Assembly: GCA_000146045.2 (NCBI GenBank)
Contig: BK006944.2
Coordinates: 320,001 to 384,000 of the forward strand
DNA: 64,000 bases
DNA from: TPA_inf: Saccharomyces
Lineage: Eukaryota
Direction: 5' to 3'
Below are positions 22,852-35,079 of this stretch, in pieces. The stretch's first letter is position 1; each line of letters begins with the position of its first letter. The notes beneath the pieces are model-generated. The model was not told the DNA's origin. It ran no database searches and worked only from the letters and a program-made list of their open reading frames with translations. Position numbers and translations under genes: made by a program.

Positions 22852-25620
22852 TTAGATAACCTCTTTGAAAAAACTTTCCTTAGGAGAGGTATTGGAATCG
22901 TTGGAATCGCGAACTCTTATCTCCGATCCCTCTTGATCGTCTTGATCATCTGTAACTTCATTACTATAATCATTTTCTATCGAACCTTGAGAAAAGCCAC
23001 TAAAAGACCGGCGGCCGTTGTCGTTACAATGGGTAAAATCGTGCCCCTTTTTTGAGTCCATTTGATCCACCACAGGCTCCCTCTTCATAGTTACAGACTC
23101 TGTTTTGGATAGTCCTTGTTTATCGGCATTCTTATTAAATAAAAATTGTTCTATCGTTATGGAGCCTCCACTGTTCGCCGCTGGTCTTGAAGATTTATCC
23201 CTCTTGTTTGCGATGGAATCTTCACCGGTGCCATCTACTGCTTGGTGCACTTTATATGACTTCACTTCATCGTCAATTAATTCATTCTCCTTATTGGAGG
23301 TTGGTGTTTTAGGCCCATCATCCAACACGCCGCTAACACCAGTGATTGACCTAGCACTGGCAGAACTATCAATATCCTTTCCTGTATTATAAGTAGAAAG
23401 GAAACGGCTTTTAACAACATCTTTTGGAGATGCACTCTTCCCTATAGGAGTCACTTTTTCATTGTTATCAGGTGTACTCATGATAACATCTCGAGAAAAA
23501 TTAGAATTATTCTTTGACTCCTCAGTGCCCCTTCTAGACCTCTTAGCCGTTTCCTTCTCCTCTTCGAGCTTCTTTTCACACTCCCGCAGCATAATGTTCC
23601 TGATTATAATCATTTCATCTACCTGTAATTCTTTCAACATACATTCTTCTGTAGCCATTTCTGCTTCTTCTTTTGCCATTTCTGCAGAAATAACCAAAGG
23701 ATCATTCACGGTAGCATCAAGAAGGTCCTTCCTTGTTGGAATTTTCTGTTTCTGTACAGCTGGTATAGCTCCACCAGCATCTGCTGTTTCCCCAAAACCA
23801 TGGATTGCAGTTTTATGTTCAGCAATGGAAGCGACAAGTCTTTCGATTTCTACCTGTATTTTGCTGCGCTCCTCCAAAAGCTCATCATACCCTCTTTCCG
23901 AATTTCCCAAATTGTCAAAGTGTGATCTGACGGCATAATAGTGTTCAATGCTCGAATTTTTGAGATCTCTTTCACATGCATCGTTCCAATCATTCAATTC
24001 ATCATTCTCTCCTGACAGGTTCTTGGACAACCTTTCCTGTAGTTCGTTTCTTAGATTTTCACGATTTTCCCTAGCATTTTCAAGTTCTTTTTCCTTCTGC
24101 TGTAATTTGATATTCATCTTTTGTACGAACTGATCATACCGTTGTCCCTCCTCGGCCTTTTTAGCTTCTTTCTCCTGTTGTTGTTTTGAAGCCATCGCTA
24201 ACAATAATTGCCCGTCGTTTTGCTCTTTTGCACGTTCCATAGAATTCCCATCCTCATATTCCTGATCAAGAACTCTTGACCTTCTCTCAATATCTTTATC
24301 AACATCACGTTGTCTGCTGGCTCGTTCATCAATTTCGTTCACCACTGGTGATATCAACTTTTTGGCGACTGCGTTAACCTCTTCTGGAGTCATCCACAAA
24401 CCACCACCCAAATATATTTTCTTTTTTTCTTCTTGTTTAACAGAATAGTGCTGTAGAGCTATGTTAACAGCAAGCTTATTGTAAGCTTGGTTACCAAATA
24501 AAAGCATGTAAGTATCGCGCGAGTCAATATCCTGCAATTTCCTATTCGCAAGCTTTTGAGCTTCATTTAGCACTACCGGAGATGCTACCTGCTTTATGTA
24601 CAGTTTCTTTTGTGCCTCTCTTGCAGCAAAATCTGGGTCTTCCAATGTCTTCGGGTCAAGATCTTTAACTGCATCAGCTGCACCCTTTGCACACATATAT
24701 TGTTGATCACTTAGCCTTTGTCTTTCATTACCAGCATGAGACTCTAAGAACTGCTCTGCGGAATGTTCAAGTTTTTCCAAAGTTCCTTTCTTAAAAACTT
24801 CTTTGTTAGCTTTTGATACACCACTTTGATCGCTGCTTTGTAATCCATTTTTAAAGTTTACCTTTTGGGGATACAACCTGTCATTAACTCTGCTAATCGC
24901 CCTTCTTTCCGCTCCATCCAATACCTTAGATAAATCGAGGGATTTGAAACCTGCAGGGTGCTGTGGATTAACTAAGTTTGCATCAAACTCATTACCAATA
25001 GGGGCACCAGAAAACCTCTTTTTTTTAACACTGGAACTGTCGGAGGTGCCCTTCATGGAATTGTCTAAAGAAGGACTGAAAGCCAATGCTTTTTGTGCAG
25101 CTAATCTTGTTAAAAAATCACGCCTTCCCTTCAGACCTAAATTGACCGTTATTGGGACGTCTTCAGGCGGGGTCAATGGAATCTTGGAAAAGGTTACTTT
25201 GAAAGCCTCACCTCTGGCCTTTTGCTCGATTGCTGTTTCGACACAGTCATCAGGCGAGACTTTCGTTCTCTTACTAGCTAAACGGGCCGCAAGATCAACT
25301 GACTCACTCTTGGAGTCTCCTAAACCAAGTGTTTTGTAATTAGCCGGAGTATTCAAAATGCCATACTTCTGTTTCGCACGGAATATCGCCTCTTTACTCA
25401 ATGGTTGTCCACTCTGCTGGTAAGTAGAATATATAGTTTTCAGTTTGTGAACGCTATTTGAAATTGAGCGAGGTGTTTCTGGAGCAGCGCGATGCATTTC
25501 AGAAGAATGTAGCGATTCTTGCAAAGTGGATACTCTAACCGCCTTTCTTTCAGTAATTTGCTCAGGGGACGTCTGGACAGATTCCACATCGGTGGTTTGC
25601 AACGCAGATATTAGTGACAT
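22852..25620 (-). CDS. 922-aa charged, coiled-coil-rich protein of unknown function (paralogue of eisosome protein Eis1)
   Basis: The ORF is 922 aa and starts at ATG (cat at 25618-25620). Its size and position match YKL050C. Confidence 0.75.
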
Positions 25621-26074
25621 TATAGTATTGTACTTGTTCCTAAAGTTTTATTGTCAATCACACTCTAAAACTACTGATTTGAACTCATGTGATCACTTTT
25701 GTTTAGACATTGTAGAAAACATGGTGCTTTCTATGAAGATTTTCATGTGTTAAATACCATCTTTGAGTGCATCATTTTCCATCATGTATATCCTGCAGAA
25801 GTATCCCTTAATCAGTCTGAAAAAGAAATAACCTCTACCCTTAACCTTTGATTTGGAGCTTCATCGCGAAATATAGGGGACTGCCAAAAATGTCTTACAA
25901 AGCCAACAAGTGAACATGAAAAAAAAACTGTCAACAGCGGAGAGCACTTGTCGAACCGAAAGGTATGCTAATATGACCTTATAATAACCTTATTTAAAAC
26001 ATTTAAAGTACCTTAAGTCAATATAAACCCCGAAAAAGGGAAAAATCGGCTCCAGCCCTGAAGCACAAATATCA

Positions 26075-26764
26075 CTAAATAAACTGTCCCCTGATTCTTC
26101 TTGCTAGTTGCATGTCTTTCTTCATTATAGTAATTCTTTTTGCATGCAGCGCCAAGAGGTTTGTATGTTCCAATAATCCTACCAGATACGCTTCGCTTGC
26201 TTCCTGTAACGCCATAATCGCCATTGACTGCCAACGTAAATCCTGATCTTTAGTTGTAAACTCGTCTGTAACTTCTTTCACTAGCCTTGCAAATGGAATT
26301 TTGGAGATTAATAAATCCGTGGAACGTTGGTATTTTCGAATTTCGTACAGAGCTAATTCACTAGGAGTATATTTCTTTTCGACGCGCTTTAAGCTCTGCT
26401 TTCTTTGTTTTTCCCTCCTTTTCTGTCTAACATATCTGTCTAAGGCATATGAATGAGTTCGCACTGGTGCAGGTACTTCAGTTTCCATTTCAGCTTCTTC
26501 TTCATTTTCTGTCTCGATTTCTAGATTACCTGCTTGGTCTTCGTAGTCTGTTTCGATATCTAGGTCACTTTTTGAGCTTTCATAACGTCTTCTTTCCTCT
26601 CTTCTTGGAAACAGGTTCTTTGTCGCTCTTGTTCTCTGCAATAACGATAACGCACGATCGTTAATAGATTGTTGGTCTCCTGCAAGCCTGTTGACGTTAC
26701 TGAGTGATCTTCCACTCGAATCACTTTGAATAGCAGAACTAACCCATTGTTGTTTACTTGACAT
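26075..26764 (-). CDS. CSE4: Centromeric histone H3 variant (CENP-A)
   Basis: The ORF is 229 aa. The C-terminal histone fold is H3-like ([17 protein letters not shown]...[21 protein letters not shown]), and it has the long unique N-terminal tail. Confidence 0.95.
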   Translation of the reverse strand: MSSKQQWVSSAIQSDSSGRSLSNVNRLAGDQQSINDRALSLLQRTRATKNLFPRREERRRYESSKSDLDIETDYEDQAGNLEIETENEEEAEMETEVPAPVRTHSYALDRYVRQKRREKQRKQSLKRVEKKYTPSELALYEIRKYQRSTDLLISKIPFARLVKEVTDEFTTKDQDLRWQSMAIMALQEASEAYLVGLLEHTNLLALHAKRITIMKKDMQLARRIRGQFI

Positions 26765-26914
26765 GATTATGTTATATTAGTATTCTTTCTATATTCAGTC
26801 CTTCTTCTGTTTTTTATAAAGTAAATTCTCAAGATTATCTACTACTGTTTTTAAGAGATGTTTTCTCAATATTTATCGATGAAGTTTTGTTTTTCTTTTG
26901 TTTTCAATTTACTT

Positions 26915-26929
26915 CCGCGATTTCGCGAC
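26915..26929 (-). promoter_or_regulatory. SCB/MCB-like element (CGCGAAA) about 160 bp upstream of CSE4
   Basis: CCGCGATTTCGCGAC on the + strand reads GTCGCGAAATCGCGG on the gene strand and contains CGCGAAA. Confidence 0.4.
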
Positions 26930-27213
26930 ACAGTGGGATCAAGATAAATCATATCGTTCGATATTCTCGCAATAGAAGACCACTAAACTCTCAATTGATA
27001 AATGTTGATGTCGATTTCAATTATCAATGATGGTATATTATGAATATTATCTTTAGTGTTATTAATACAAATGCAAATGTGGGTAATTTGCCGTTTCTAT
27101 ATATATATTTATGTATTTACCATAACCAAGTAAATCAATTAATAATCATATTTCACATCGGCTATACGATTATCAGCTAACCCAATCCGACAGATATCAT
27201 CCTGTAGTTTCAT

Positions 27214-29136
27214 CTATATTTGACCATTATCTGCAAAGTTCAGATACGTTTTTACATCTTCTACTGTTTCTCGAATGTCACTATCTTCCGAATTTATGTA
27301 TGCTTTAAAGTTGAGAATATTACTTGAATGAGCAAGCTTTCTAGCCCCTGAATTGTTAACCGTGCGCTTTCCAACAGTCCTATCCATTAGTGGGGAACTC
27401 GGTTTGTCCTGTGAGCAATTAATATGGGTTCTGTTCCCGTTCTCTTTAGGGGAACTCTTTAGTCTTATCATGGCTTTGATAGGTGTTGGGATTTTCAATG
27501 ACGAATGAGAGGATGACTCGCTTCTGTCAGTTTTCATGTCCGAATTCTGCTTATCATTATTCACAGTCAAATTAGGTAAGCTTTCATTTGACCTACAAAA
27601 AGTATCTAAGAAATCCGTAACCTGAATGGCTTCCTCCCCTAACGATGAACAATAATCGCTCGAGTCTGGCGAAGATCTAAGGACCGTAGTCGAAAAACAT
27701 TCTTTATCCGGTTCCTCGTCGATATGTATCGAAGGTGTTACTTTACTAGTTGCAGATACCAATACCTTGTCTTTCCCTTTTCCTGAGGTCTTTTTCTTTC
27801 CTTTTTTAGTCAGTAGCCTACCAAAAAATCTTCTTACAGGACCTTCGTTTCTTACGGGGTTCACACTGGACGATGAAATTTGACTGTGATTCCTAGAATC
27901 TATGGGCTGGTCACGCGACAAAACCTTTACTAAATCCTGAATACTTATGCGTAAAGTAACGTCTTTCTCCAATAACCTTTTAATGACTAAATCGTTTAAA
28001 GTATTACCATTTATTTTGGAACTCAATGATACTTCGATGATTTTGTGGTAGGTTTCGAATTCATTTTCCCCGAAAAATGGCAGCTCGTTGTACAGTAAGC
28101 AGTATAGTGTCACTCCCAATGACCAAATATCCAACTTAAAGCCATCCGTCACAAAATCTCTTTTGGAATTGCCCAAATGACATAGCTCTGGTGCAATAAA
28201 TGCCGGAGTACCAACAATTTTGTTCAATTCCCTCTGAAAACAATCTTCAAAATTAGCATCGCTGAAAGGTAATGATTGGGGAGTGAAAATACAACTTCCA
28301 AAATCAGAAAGTTTCGCTACTTTTTCTTCTTCATCCAATAAAATATTGGACGGTTTGATATCACGATGAATACAACCCTGAGAATGCAAATATTCCAACC
28401 CTTTTGTCATATCCTCCAGGATTTTTTTGGCAAATGTAGAAACACTACAATTTGAAATCACAATTTTTTTCCATTGCGGTAAAATATCTTCATCATCGTC
28501 ACGTTTCCACTGTAGTTCACCAAGGCTGCACCAATTAGTGACTATCCAGATAGATTCGCTGAAAGGAGAGTCCAAGCATTCTATTAGTCGCACAATATGA
28601 ACATTATTTCGAAGTCTTGAAGCCGCAAAAATTTCCCACCTACATTTTTCGATATTCATAAGTCTCATAGCCTCATTACCACTCATATTTGTCGTTATTT
28701 TTCCTTTACTCTTCCAAAGCTGGATTTGCCTCATTACTTGATTTACTGAATATTGCTGGGCATTCCAAGGTTTTTTTGGTATAATCTTGACAGCAACAAC
28801 CTTGCCTAAAGTAGAACTGTACGCTTTTCGTACATAACCAAATTGTCCACTTCCTGCAGAGACTCCTAGCGTATATTGGTTTATAGTTTTCTTATCTTGG
28901 TCACTAACAGTTATTTTTTTCACATATGGTCGAATTTCATCCAGGATCGTGTGTATATTTTCTCCTATAATTGTACTATAGGTTGGTTTCTGTTGAGAAA
29001 AAGAAGAACCAAATGAAGATGTCTGGCTCGTAGGCGTTATCGGGGGACTATCTAACTCATCCTCTCTTATGCACGATTGCTGGGATAATGGTGCCCATTC
29101 CGGAATTAATGTCGGTATAAGCTGTCGAGGTGACAT
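27214..29136 (-). CDS. ELM1: Ser/Thr protein kinase (septin/morphogenesis checkpoint; Snf1-activating kinase)
   Basis: The ORF is 640 aa. Its kinase catalytic motifs are HRDIKPSNILL, DFG and APE-like. Confidence 0.9.
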   Translation of the reverse strand: MSPRQLIPTLIPEWAPLSQQSCIREDELDSPPITPTSQTSSFGSSFSQQKPTYSTIIGENIHTILDEIRPYVKKITVSDQDKKTINQYTLGVSAGSGQFGYVRKAYSSTLGKVVAVKIIPKKPWNAQQYSVNQVMRQIQLWKSKGKITTNMSGNEAMRLMNIEKCRWEIFAASRLRNNVHIVRLIECLDSPFSESIWIVTNWCSLGELQWKRDDDEDILPQWKKIVISNCSVSTFAKKILEDMTKGLEYLHSQGCIHRDIKPSNILLDEEEKVAKLSDFGSCIFTPQSLPFSDANFEDCFQRELNKIVGTPAFIAPELCHLGNSKRDFVTDGFKLDIWSLGVTLYCLLYNELPFFGENEFETYHKIIEVSLSSKINGNTLNDLVIKRLLEKDVTLRISIQDLVKVLSRDQPIDSRNHSQISSSSVNPVRNEGPVRRFFGRLLTKKGKKKTSGKGKDKVLVSATSKVTPSIHIDEEPDKECFSTTVLRSSPDSSDYCSSLGEEAIQVTDFLDTFCRSNESLPNLTVNNDKQNSDMKTDRSESSSHSSLKIPTPIKAMIRLKSSPKENGNRTHINCSQDKPSSPLMDRTVGKRTVNNSGARKLAHSSNILNFKAYINSEDSDIRETVEDVKTYLNFADNGQI

Positions 29137-29462
29137 TTCATGCTAAGTAATTATTGTTAACCTGGCGTTCAAAAAATAATATCTATGCGAGTAAGTTTGT
29201 AACACCTAAAGAAGTATCATCGGGGGGTTTTCAAGGCCAAATTAGTTCATAGGACTAGAGACTGTTGCATTGTTTATTTGTTGCTACCTCATCATTCACA
29301 AATTATACGTTTAAAGTGATGTAAAATCATGCTATATACTAATTTGGCATAACCTCTGTTGAGCGGCATCATTTAATGATTTACTTCTATTTTAATAATT
29401 ACTTCATTTCGAACAACTTAATAGCTACTTCAAGAAGGATCAAGTAAGTTCCTCGAAGCACT

Positions 29463-31013
29463 ATGAATTCCGGAGGTGAAGAACCAACTATAAAGCCAAA
29501 TGTATTTAATATTACTCAACTTTTAAACTCAAATGGTGAAAAACCGGGAATTGCTTGCATCTTCTTAAGTAAATTTGACATGAAAAAGGGAAATATCATA
29601 ATATGGTCTAAAAGTATTAATGGTGCGGCAATTGACTTAAGCAATATTGAATTTAAATCGTTACCAGCCGGTATTCACGAACAAACTGACGATGTTGTCA
29701 ATTTTGTAGTTCCTAAAGAATTAGATGTCTGTCAAACTGCCAAGACGACAACTTATGATTACGGCATCGCCTATTTCAAACAAAATTCGTTCGATATTAT
29801 TGAGAATGACAATCGTATTGATAGGAGTAAAGTTCAAATGTTTTCTCTTGGTGTAATTATCGATGTCCAAAATGCCTCATCAGATAGTAAAAAGCACTTT
29901 TATAAGGAAATATACCATGCGTATGCTGCCAACAGATACTCAAGCTATCTAGAAAGTTTACTCGGTCAATGGATAAGGCAGCGTGATCTTGATAAGTTTG
30001 ATATTTTTGAAAAGTTTTTTGACGAGAATAACCAAGGGCACATGGCTGAAAATTCAGTAGAAGTCTTTGAACATTCACCCAAAGAAAGACGGCATTTGGT
30101 TGAATATTTGCCATACTGGACAAGGAAGTTAGGGCCTCTCATATTTCCACTTTGGAAAGCAAGTCTCCTTCAGTCAAGGATATTGATACTAGTTCCTCAA
30201 GGAGAATCGTTCGAATTGTGCAATTCTTTGGCCTATTGTGTCTTCTTAATATCAATGCTTCCAAAAAACTTGATAGGAAACCATGTAAGCGATGAATATA
30301 TTAAGCCTATTTTCACGGTATCAACATCAGATATTCCTTTTCTAGAGTCGTTCAAAAAGGGGAACGGTTATGTGGCTACGACCAGCGAGGAAATTTTGTT
30401 GTATAAGCCTGAAATTTACGACATAGTAGTCAAACTTACTTCGAGCTCAACTATAGAAGAATCACCAGAAAAAGAAGTGGAAATTCTTACCGCATCTGGT
30501 GAACAAAACAAAGCAACTCCTCTTGACTTAGAGGTGTATGAAAAACTTATACTGGGGGAGTTACAAGAGGATGCCTCTACAAATGCGACATGTCGACATC
30601 ATGAGGTGACAGAACCCATATCATGGCTACAGTTTTTAATTGATGGGTTTTTTCTTTTAACTACTGCAGGCTATCTGGTAGCGCCATATCACCTTGCAAA
30701 TAATTTCAAGATTCCGAGGCACGTTTCTGGCCCAGAACCCAACAATTCAGAAATACAGATCGCTGAAAATTTAGTTCGCTATTTTCACCGCAGAACATCA
30801 AATCTGTACAACGATCTGAAGGATGTCATACAAAAAAGTGAAAATATTGATTCAGAACAACCGATTACTATCGCAGCTTCATTTTTAACCAAGTTAAATT
30901 TGGATTGCTTTAGCAAACAAGATCATCAATTCGTCAAGGATATCGCCCTTAAATGGTTCCAAAGAAGCATTGATATTAGCAACCTACCAGAATGTTTGGG
31001 AAATCTCTGTTAA
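29463..31013 (+). CDS. ANR2: 516-aa protein of unknown function (YKL047W)
   Basis: The 516-aa ORF starts at ATG. Its size, position and strand fit YKL047W. Confidence 0.7.
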   Translation: MNSGGEEPTIKPNVFNITQLLNSNGEKPGIACIFLSKFDMKKGNIIIWSKSINGAAIDLSNIEFKSLPAGIHEQTDDVVNFVVPKELDVCQTAKTTTYDYGIAYFKQNSFDIIENDNRIDRSKVQMFSLGVIIDVQNASSDSKKHFYKEIYHAYAANRYSSYLESLLGQWIRQRDLDKFDIFEKFFDENNQGHMAENSVEVFEHSPKERRHLVEYLPYWTRKLGPLIFPLWKASLLQSRILILVPQGESFELCNSLAYCVFLISMLPKNLIGNHVSDEYIKPIFTVSTSDIPFLESFKKGNGYVATTSEEILLYKPEIYDIVVKLTSSSTIEESPEKEVEILTASGEQNKATPLDLEVYEKLILGELQEDASTNATCRHHEVTEPISWLQFLIDGFFLLTTAGYLVAPYHLANNFKIPRHVSGPEPNNSEIQIAENLVRYFHRRTSNLYNDLKDVIQKSENIDSEQPITIAASFLTKLNLDCFSKQDHQFVKDIALKWFQRSIDISNLPECLGNLC

Positions 31014-31274
31014 CCACTAGAAACGAGCTAGATCATGTGAGAGAGATAGTATATGTCTTTGTAACTGTATTTTATATTTATATGTATATGGTGAATTTTA
31101 CTTAAATTCCTTGGTAGATTACATACACGACTCTGTTGCTTGTTCATTCCCTAAAAATCAGGGAATCTAGGTAAAACACATATGAACAAAGGTCTCCTTT
31201 TTTTTTTTTCTTTCATTTCTTTCATTTTTTTCATTTTTCATTTATGGAAATGTTAAGCTTTCATAAGTTCTGCA

Positions 31275-32624
31275 TCAAAAGACTAACCACAGAGCACATG
31301 CGACAATTGAAATACCAATGACAGCGGTAATAATACCTGCACCTGCCTTTGAACCCTTAGTGATATTTAATGGTGCCAAATTTGTGGGTTGCGCTTGAGT
31401 ACCTGCTGCCCCATCACCAACAGATGAACCACCATTCTCTGCCGTGTATGGTGCGGGTTTATCTAAGGCCCTCGTGTTGACCATTACTTCTAAGGCGGAC
31501 ATTTGTTCACCTAGACCATACATACCATCCCAAGTCCCATTGAACCAATTCAATCCACAGGTATGACCATCAGTACCTCCAGAACATGATTTCGCGGCCG
31601 CAATGGCAGATGTATTCAACCAAGACATAATTTGGTTCCTAGTTTCTGGCACTAGTTGTGCAGTGACACCTAAGAAACGGGCAAAATAGGCTTTGAAGGA
31701 ACGTTGATCTGTATTACAAGAATTTGGACCTTGACAAGCAGCTTCATACACAATACCATCATGGAAAAACACTTGGGAAGCGTTCAAAAACTCTTTGGTT
31801 CTTGTGTGCCAGAGGTCTGATCCCGTAAAGTTGTAAAGGTAGGCAGAGCCAGCCAACAGCAAACCTTGATTATATGTCCATTGATATGAGGTCACTTTGG
31901 TGCAATTATCATCAATGCTGACACCATCGTAAACATACTTATAGGTACCATTAGAAATTAAGTTCACACCGACCATCCACTCGTAAACTTTTTCGGCCCA
32001 GTCAACATATGTTTGATTACCTGTATATCTTGCTAATCTTGCAGCTATGTGAAACAAGGCACCGTTAGAAACGGTGTTCTTGTAATCGTAACCAGAGTTC
32101 CAAACGAAAATTTGCCACCTCAAACCACCACCACAGGAATCGGCATCCCAACGCAAAGCCATGGTATTGAAAACAGCCTGTGCTAAATATAGCCATTGAG
32201 GCTCATTCTCGGGAGGATTAGTAAAGTTTCTCTCCGCGGCAGTCATAGCAGCAATACCCCAAAAGGCTTGGTCATCATTACCTTCAGTGGTAGATTGATT
32301 TAGCGGAATATAGTCATTATCATCACCAGCTTGATGTATCATTGCTGCTATAATTTCATCATTATAGGTGTCGTTATCCATGAAAAACCAGTAATCTAGC
32401 ATACAGCCCCAGGCACCACCGGCTTCCCACCAATAGTACGGATCTGAAAACATACCGACCGTCTTACCATACTGATTACCAGTGTAATAATCCATTAAAC
32501 CGTAGGCAATTAGTGAAGTAGCATTTTGCAAAGATTCGTAGTTGTCTAGATCCAATTCGACGGCATTTGTAAATCTTGTTGCGAAGAGTACACCCAGTAA
32601 CCCTATCACTTTATTTACTAGCAT
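31275..32624 (-). CDS. DCW1: GPI-anchored glycoside hydrolase family 76 (putative alpha-1,6-mannanase / cell wall biogenesis)
   Basis: The 449-aa ORF has an N-terminal signal peptide, a C-terminal hydrophobic GPI-attachment signal and many N-glycosylation sequons. It resembles Dfg5/Dcw1. Confidence 0.85.
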   Translation of the reverse strand: MLVNKVIGLLGVLFATRFTNAVELDLDNYESLQNATSLIAYGLMDYYTGNQYGKTVGMFSDPYYWWEAGGAWGCMLDYWFFMDNDTYNDEIIAAMIHQAGDDNDYIPLNQSTTEGNDDQAFWGIAAMTAAERNFTNPPENEPQWLYLAQAVFNTMALRWDADSCGGGLRWQIFVWNSGYDYKNTVSNGALFHIAARLARYTGNQTYVDWAEKVYEWMVGVNLISNGTYKYVYDGVSIDDNCTKVTSYQWTYNQGLLLAGSAYLYNFTGSDLWHTRTKEFLNASQVFFHDGIVYEAACQGPNSCNTDQRSFKAYFARFLGVTAQLVPETRNQIMSWLNTSAIAAAKSCSGGTDGHTCGLNWFNGTWDGMYGLGEQMSALEVMVNTRALDKPAPYTAENGGSSVGDGAAGTQAQPTNLAPLNITKGSKAGAGIITAVIGISIVACALWLVF

Positions 32625-33327
32625 TTTTATGTGTTCGTTTTTAAAACAGACTGAAAAGAAAGAAAGCTCAGAAAAAAAGTGGTGTGTATTTTGTTGTATC
32701 CACTATTATATGTCCTGGAAAGGTTTCCCTAGCGTTTTGACCCTTTCGTATCTTGTAATTTAAGCCTCTTTTTACCAAAAATCCTCCCGTTCGCACACCT
32801 ATTAAGCTGCTTATAAAATATGAGTATCAACACAGTAACAGTGAATATATAATAGATGAGCCCATTATACAAAGAGTACCTATGATCATCATGAAATCCG
32901 AGCTTTATTTCCATCTGCCAGTTTTCTTTCTGGATGTACGAAATTAAATCGCGCCTCGAACGGGTGCAAAACCGGGTGACGGGACACCGCTACGAATATA
33001 GTACGATACACTTATACATATATGGAAGCATTTATAGCGTATATTCATCGTACGGTACATTCTTTAAATAAATGATTGAATTTTTCTGAACCAACAGTTA
33101 TAAGCTGAGATCCAGTGCGTTCATGAAACGGAACATCTTACATCATCAAGAGCCCAGAAGCACGGCGTAGGATTGTTTCCGCTGCTACAGACAGACATGG
33201 AAACACTGTTTTTATCAGGCCAAAGGTGATACGACAGGTCTCTTCTTGTTTCAATATTGCCTTACATATCTGCTGCTCACTCTATTTGCTTTTTCCTGCT
33301 CATTTATAGTTAACTTGATTTGAAATT

Positions 33328-33350
33328 ACGCGTCGCGGGGAATCGCGTAA
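33328..33350. promoter_or_regulatory. Paired MCB (MluI cell-cycle box) elements about 150 bp upstream of PRI2
   Basis: The sequence ttACGCGTCGcggggaaTCGCGTaa contains ACGCGT (33328-33333), which reads ACGCGTAA on the reverse strand, plus a second CGCGT at 33344-33348. This is the spacing typical of MBF targets. Confidence 0.6.
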
Positions 33351-33492
33351 AACTCGATATTAAATCCTGTGATTTTGCAAAAGTAAATTTTTTACTATCT
33401 ACATCTCTCCAATTTGCACAACTTTGACAGGACTGATAACTACCCAGGTGGAGCAACCAGTGACAGCAGGTAAAGCACAATAAGGAGAAGAA

Positions 33493-35079
33493 ATGTTCAG
33501 GCAGTCAAAAAGAAGAATTGCCTCAAGGAAGAATTTTAGTTCATACGATGATATTGTCAAAAGCGAATTGGACGTAGGCAACACAAATGCAGCTAACCAG
33601 ATCATCTTAAGTTCAAGTTCATCTGAAGAAGAGAAAAAACTTTACGCTAGGCTGTATGAGTCTAAATTATCATTTTACGATTTACCACCACAGGGAGAAA
33701 TAACGTTGGAACAATTTGAGATCTGGGCAATCGATCGTCTCAAAATTCTGTTAGAGATCGAATCTTGCCTTTCAAGAAACAAATCGATCAAAGAAATTGA
33801 AACCATTATCAAGCCGCAGTTCCAAAAACTACTGCCTTTCAACACAGAGAGTTTAGAAGACAGAAAAAAGGATTACTACTCTCATTTCATTTTAAGATTG
33901 TGCTTTTGTCGTTCAAAAGAACTGCGGGAAAAATTCGTCAGGGCTGAAACGTTTTTGTTCAAAATTAGATTTAACATGCTAACCTCCACCGATCAAACAA
34001 AATTTGTTCAATCATTGGACTTACCCTTACTACAGTTTATCTCAAATGAAGAAAAGGCCGAATTATCTCATCAGTTGTATCAAACAGTTTCTGCGTCTCT
34101 ACAGTTCCAATTGAATTTAAACGAGGAACATCAAAGAAAACAGTATTTCCAACAGGAAAAATTCATAAAATTACCTTTCGAAAATGTGATAGAACTGGTA
34201 GGAAACCGTTTAGTGTTTTTGAAGGACGGGTACGCATATTTACCACAATTCCAGCAATTGAATTTACTTTCTAATGAGTTTGCTAGCAAATTGAACCAGG
34301 AGTTAATAAAAACGTACCAGTACTTACCAAGACTGAATGAGGATGACCGGTTGTTACCAATTCTAAATCATCTTTCGTCGGGGTACACTATCGCGGATTT
34401 CAACCAGCAAAAGGCAAACCAATTCAGTGAGAACGTAGATGATGAGATTAATGCGCAAAGTGTCTGGTCTGAAGAGATTAGCTCAAACTATCCGCTATGT
34501 ATCAAAAACCTGATGGAGGGTCTTAAAAAGAACCATCATTTGAGGTATTATGGGAGACAACAACTGAGTCTGTTTTTGAAAGGTATCGGCCTGAGCGCTG
34601 ATGAAGCGTTAAAATTTTGGTCTGAGGCATTTACAAGAAATGGGAACATGACAATGGAGAAGTTCAATAAAGAATACCGTTACAGCTTCAGGCATAATTA
34701 CGGTCTTGAAGGTAACAGAATCAACTACAAACCATGGGACTGTCACACTATCCTTTCCAAGCCCAGACCTGGGCGCGGAGATTATCATGGATGCCCTTTC
34801 CGTGATTGGAGTCACGAGAGACTATCTGCAGAATTGCGCTCTATGAAGTTGACCCAAGCGCAGATCATCAGTGTTCTGGATTCCTGCCAGAAAGGTGAAT
34901 ACACAATTGCTTGCACTAAAGTGTTTGAAATGACACACAACTCTGCATCAGCGGATTTGGAAATTGGCGAGCAAACGCATATCGCGCATCCTAACCTATA
35001 CTTCGAAAGATCAAGGCAACTGCAAAAGAAACAGCAGAAGCTGGAAAAGGAAAAACTATTCAATAATGGTAATCATTAG
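33493..35079 (+). CDS. PRI2: DNA primase large (regulatory) subunit
   Basis: The ORF is 528 aa. The C-terminal domain carries the 4Fe-4S cysteine ligands (CIKNL...CHTIL...GCPFRDW...CTKVFE). Confidence 0.92.
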   Translation: MFRQSKRRIASRKNFSSYDDIVKSELDVGNTNAANQIILSSSSSEEEKKLYARLYESKLSFYDLPPQGEITLEQFEIWAIDRLKILLEIESCLSRNKSIKEIETIIKPQFQKLLPFNTESLEDRKKDYYSHFILRLCFCRSKELREKFVRAETFLFKIRFNMLTSTDQTKFVQSLDLPLLQFISNEEKAELSHQLYQTVSASLQFQLNLNEEHQRKQYFQQEKFIKLPFENVIELVGNRLVFLKDGYAYLPQFQQLNLLSNEFASKLNQELIKTYQYLPRLNEDDRLLPILNHLSSGYTIADFNQQKANQFSENVDDEINAQSVWSEEISSNYPLCIKNLMEGLKKNHHLRYYGRQQLSLFLKGIGLSADEALKFWSEAFTRNGNMTMEKFNKEYRYSFRHNYGLEGNRINYKPWDCHTILSKPRPGRGDYHGCPFRDWSHERLSAELRSMKLTQAQIISVLDSCQKGEYTIACTKVFEMTHNSASADLEIGEQTHIAHPNLYFERSRQLQKKQQKLEKEKLFNNGNH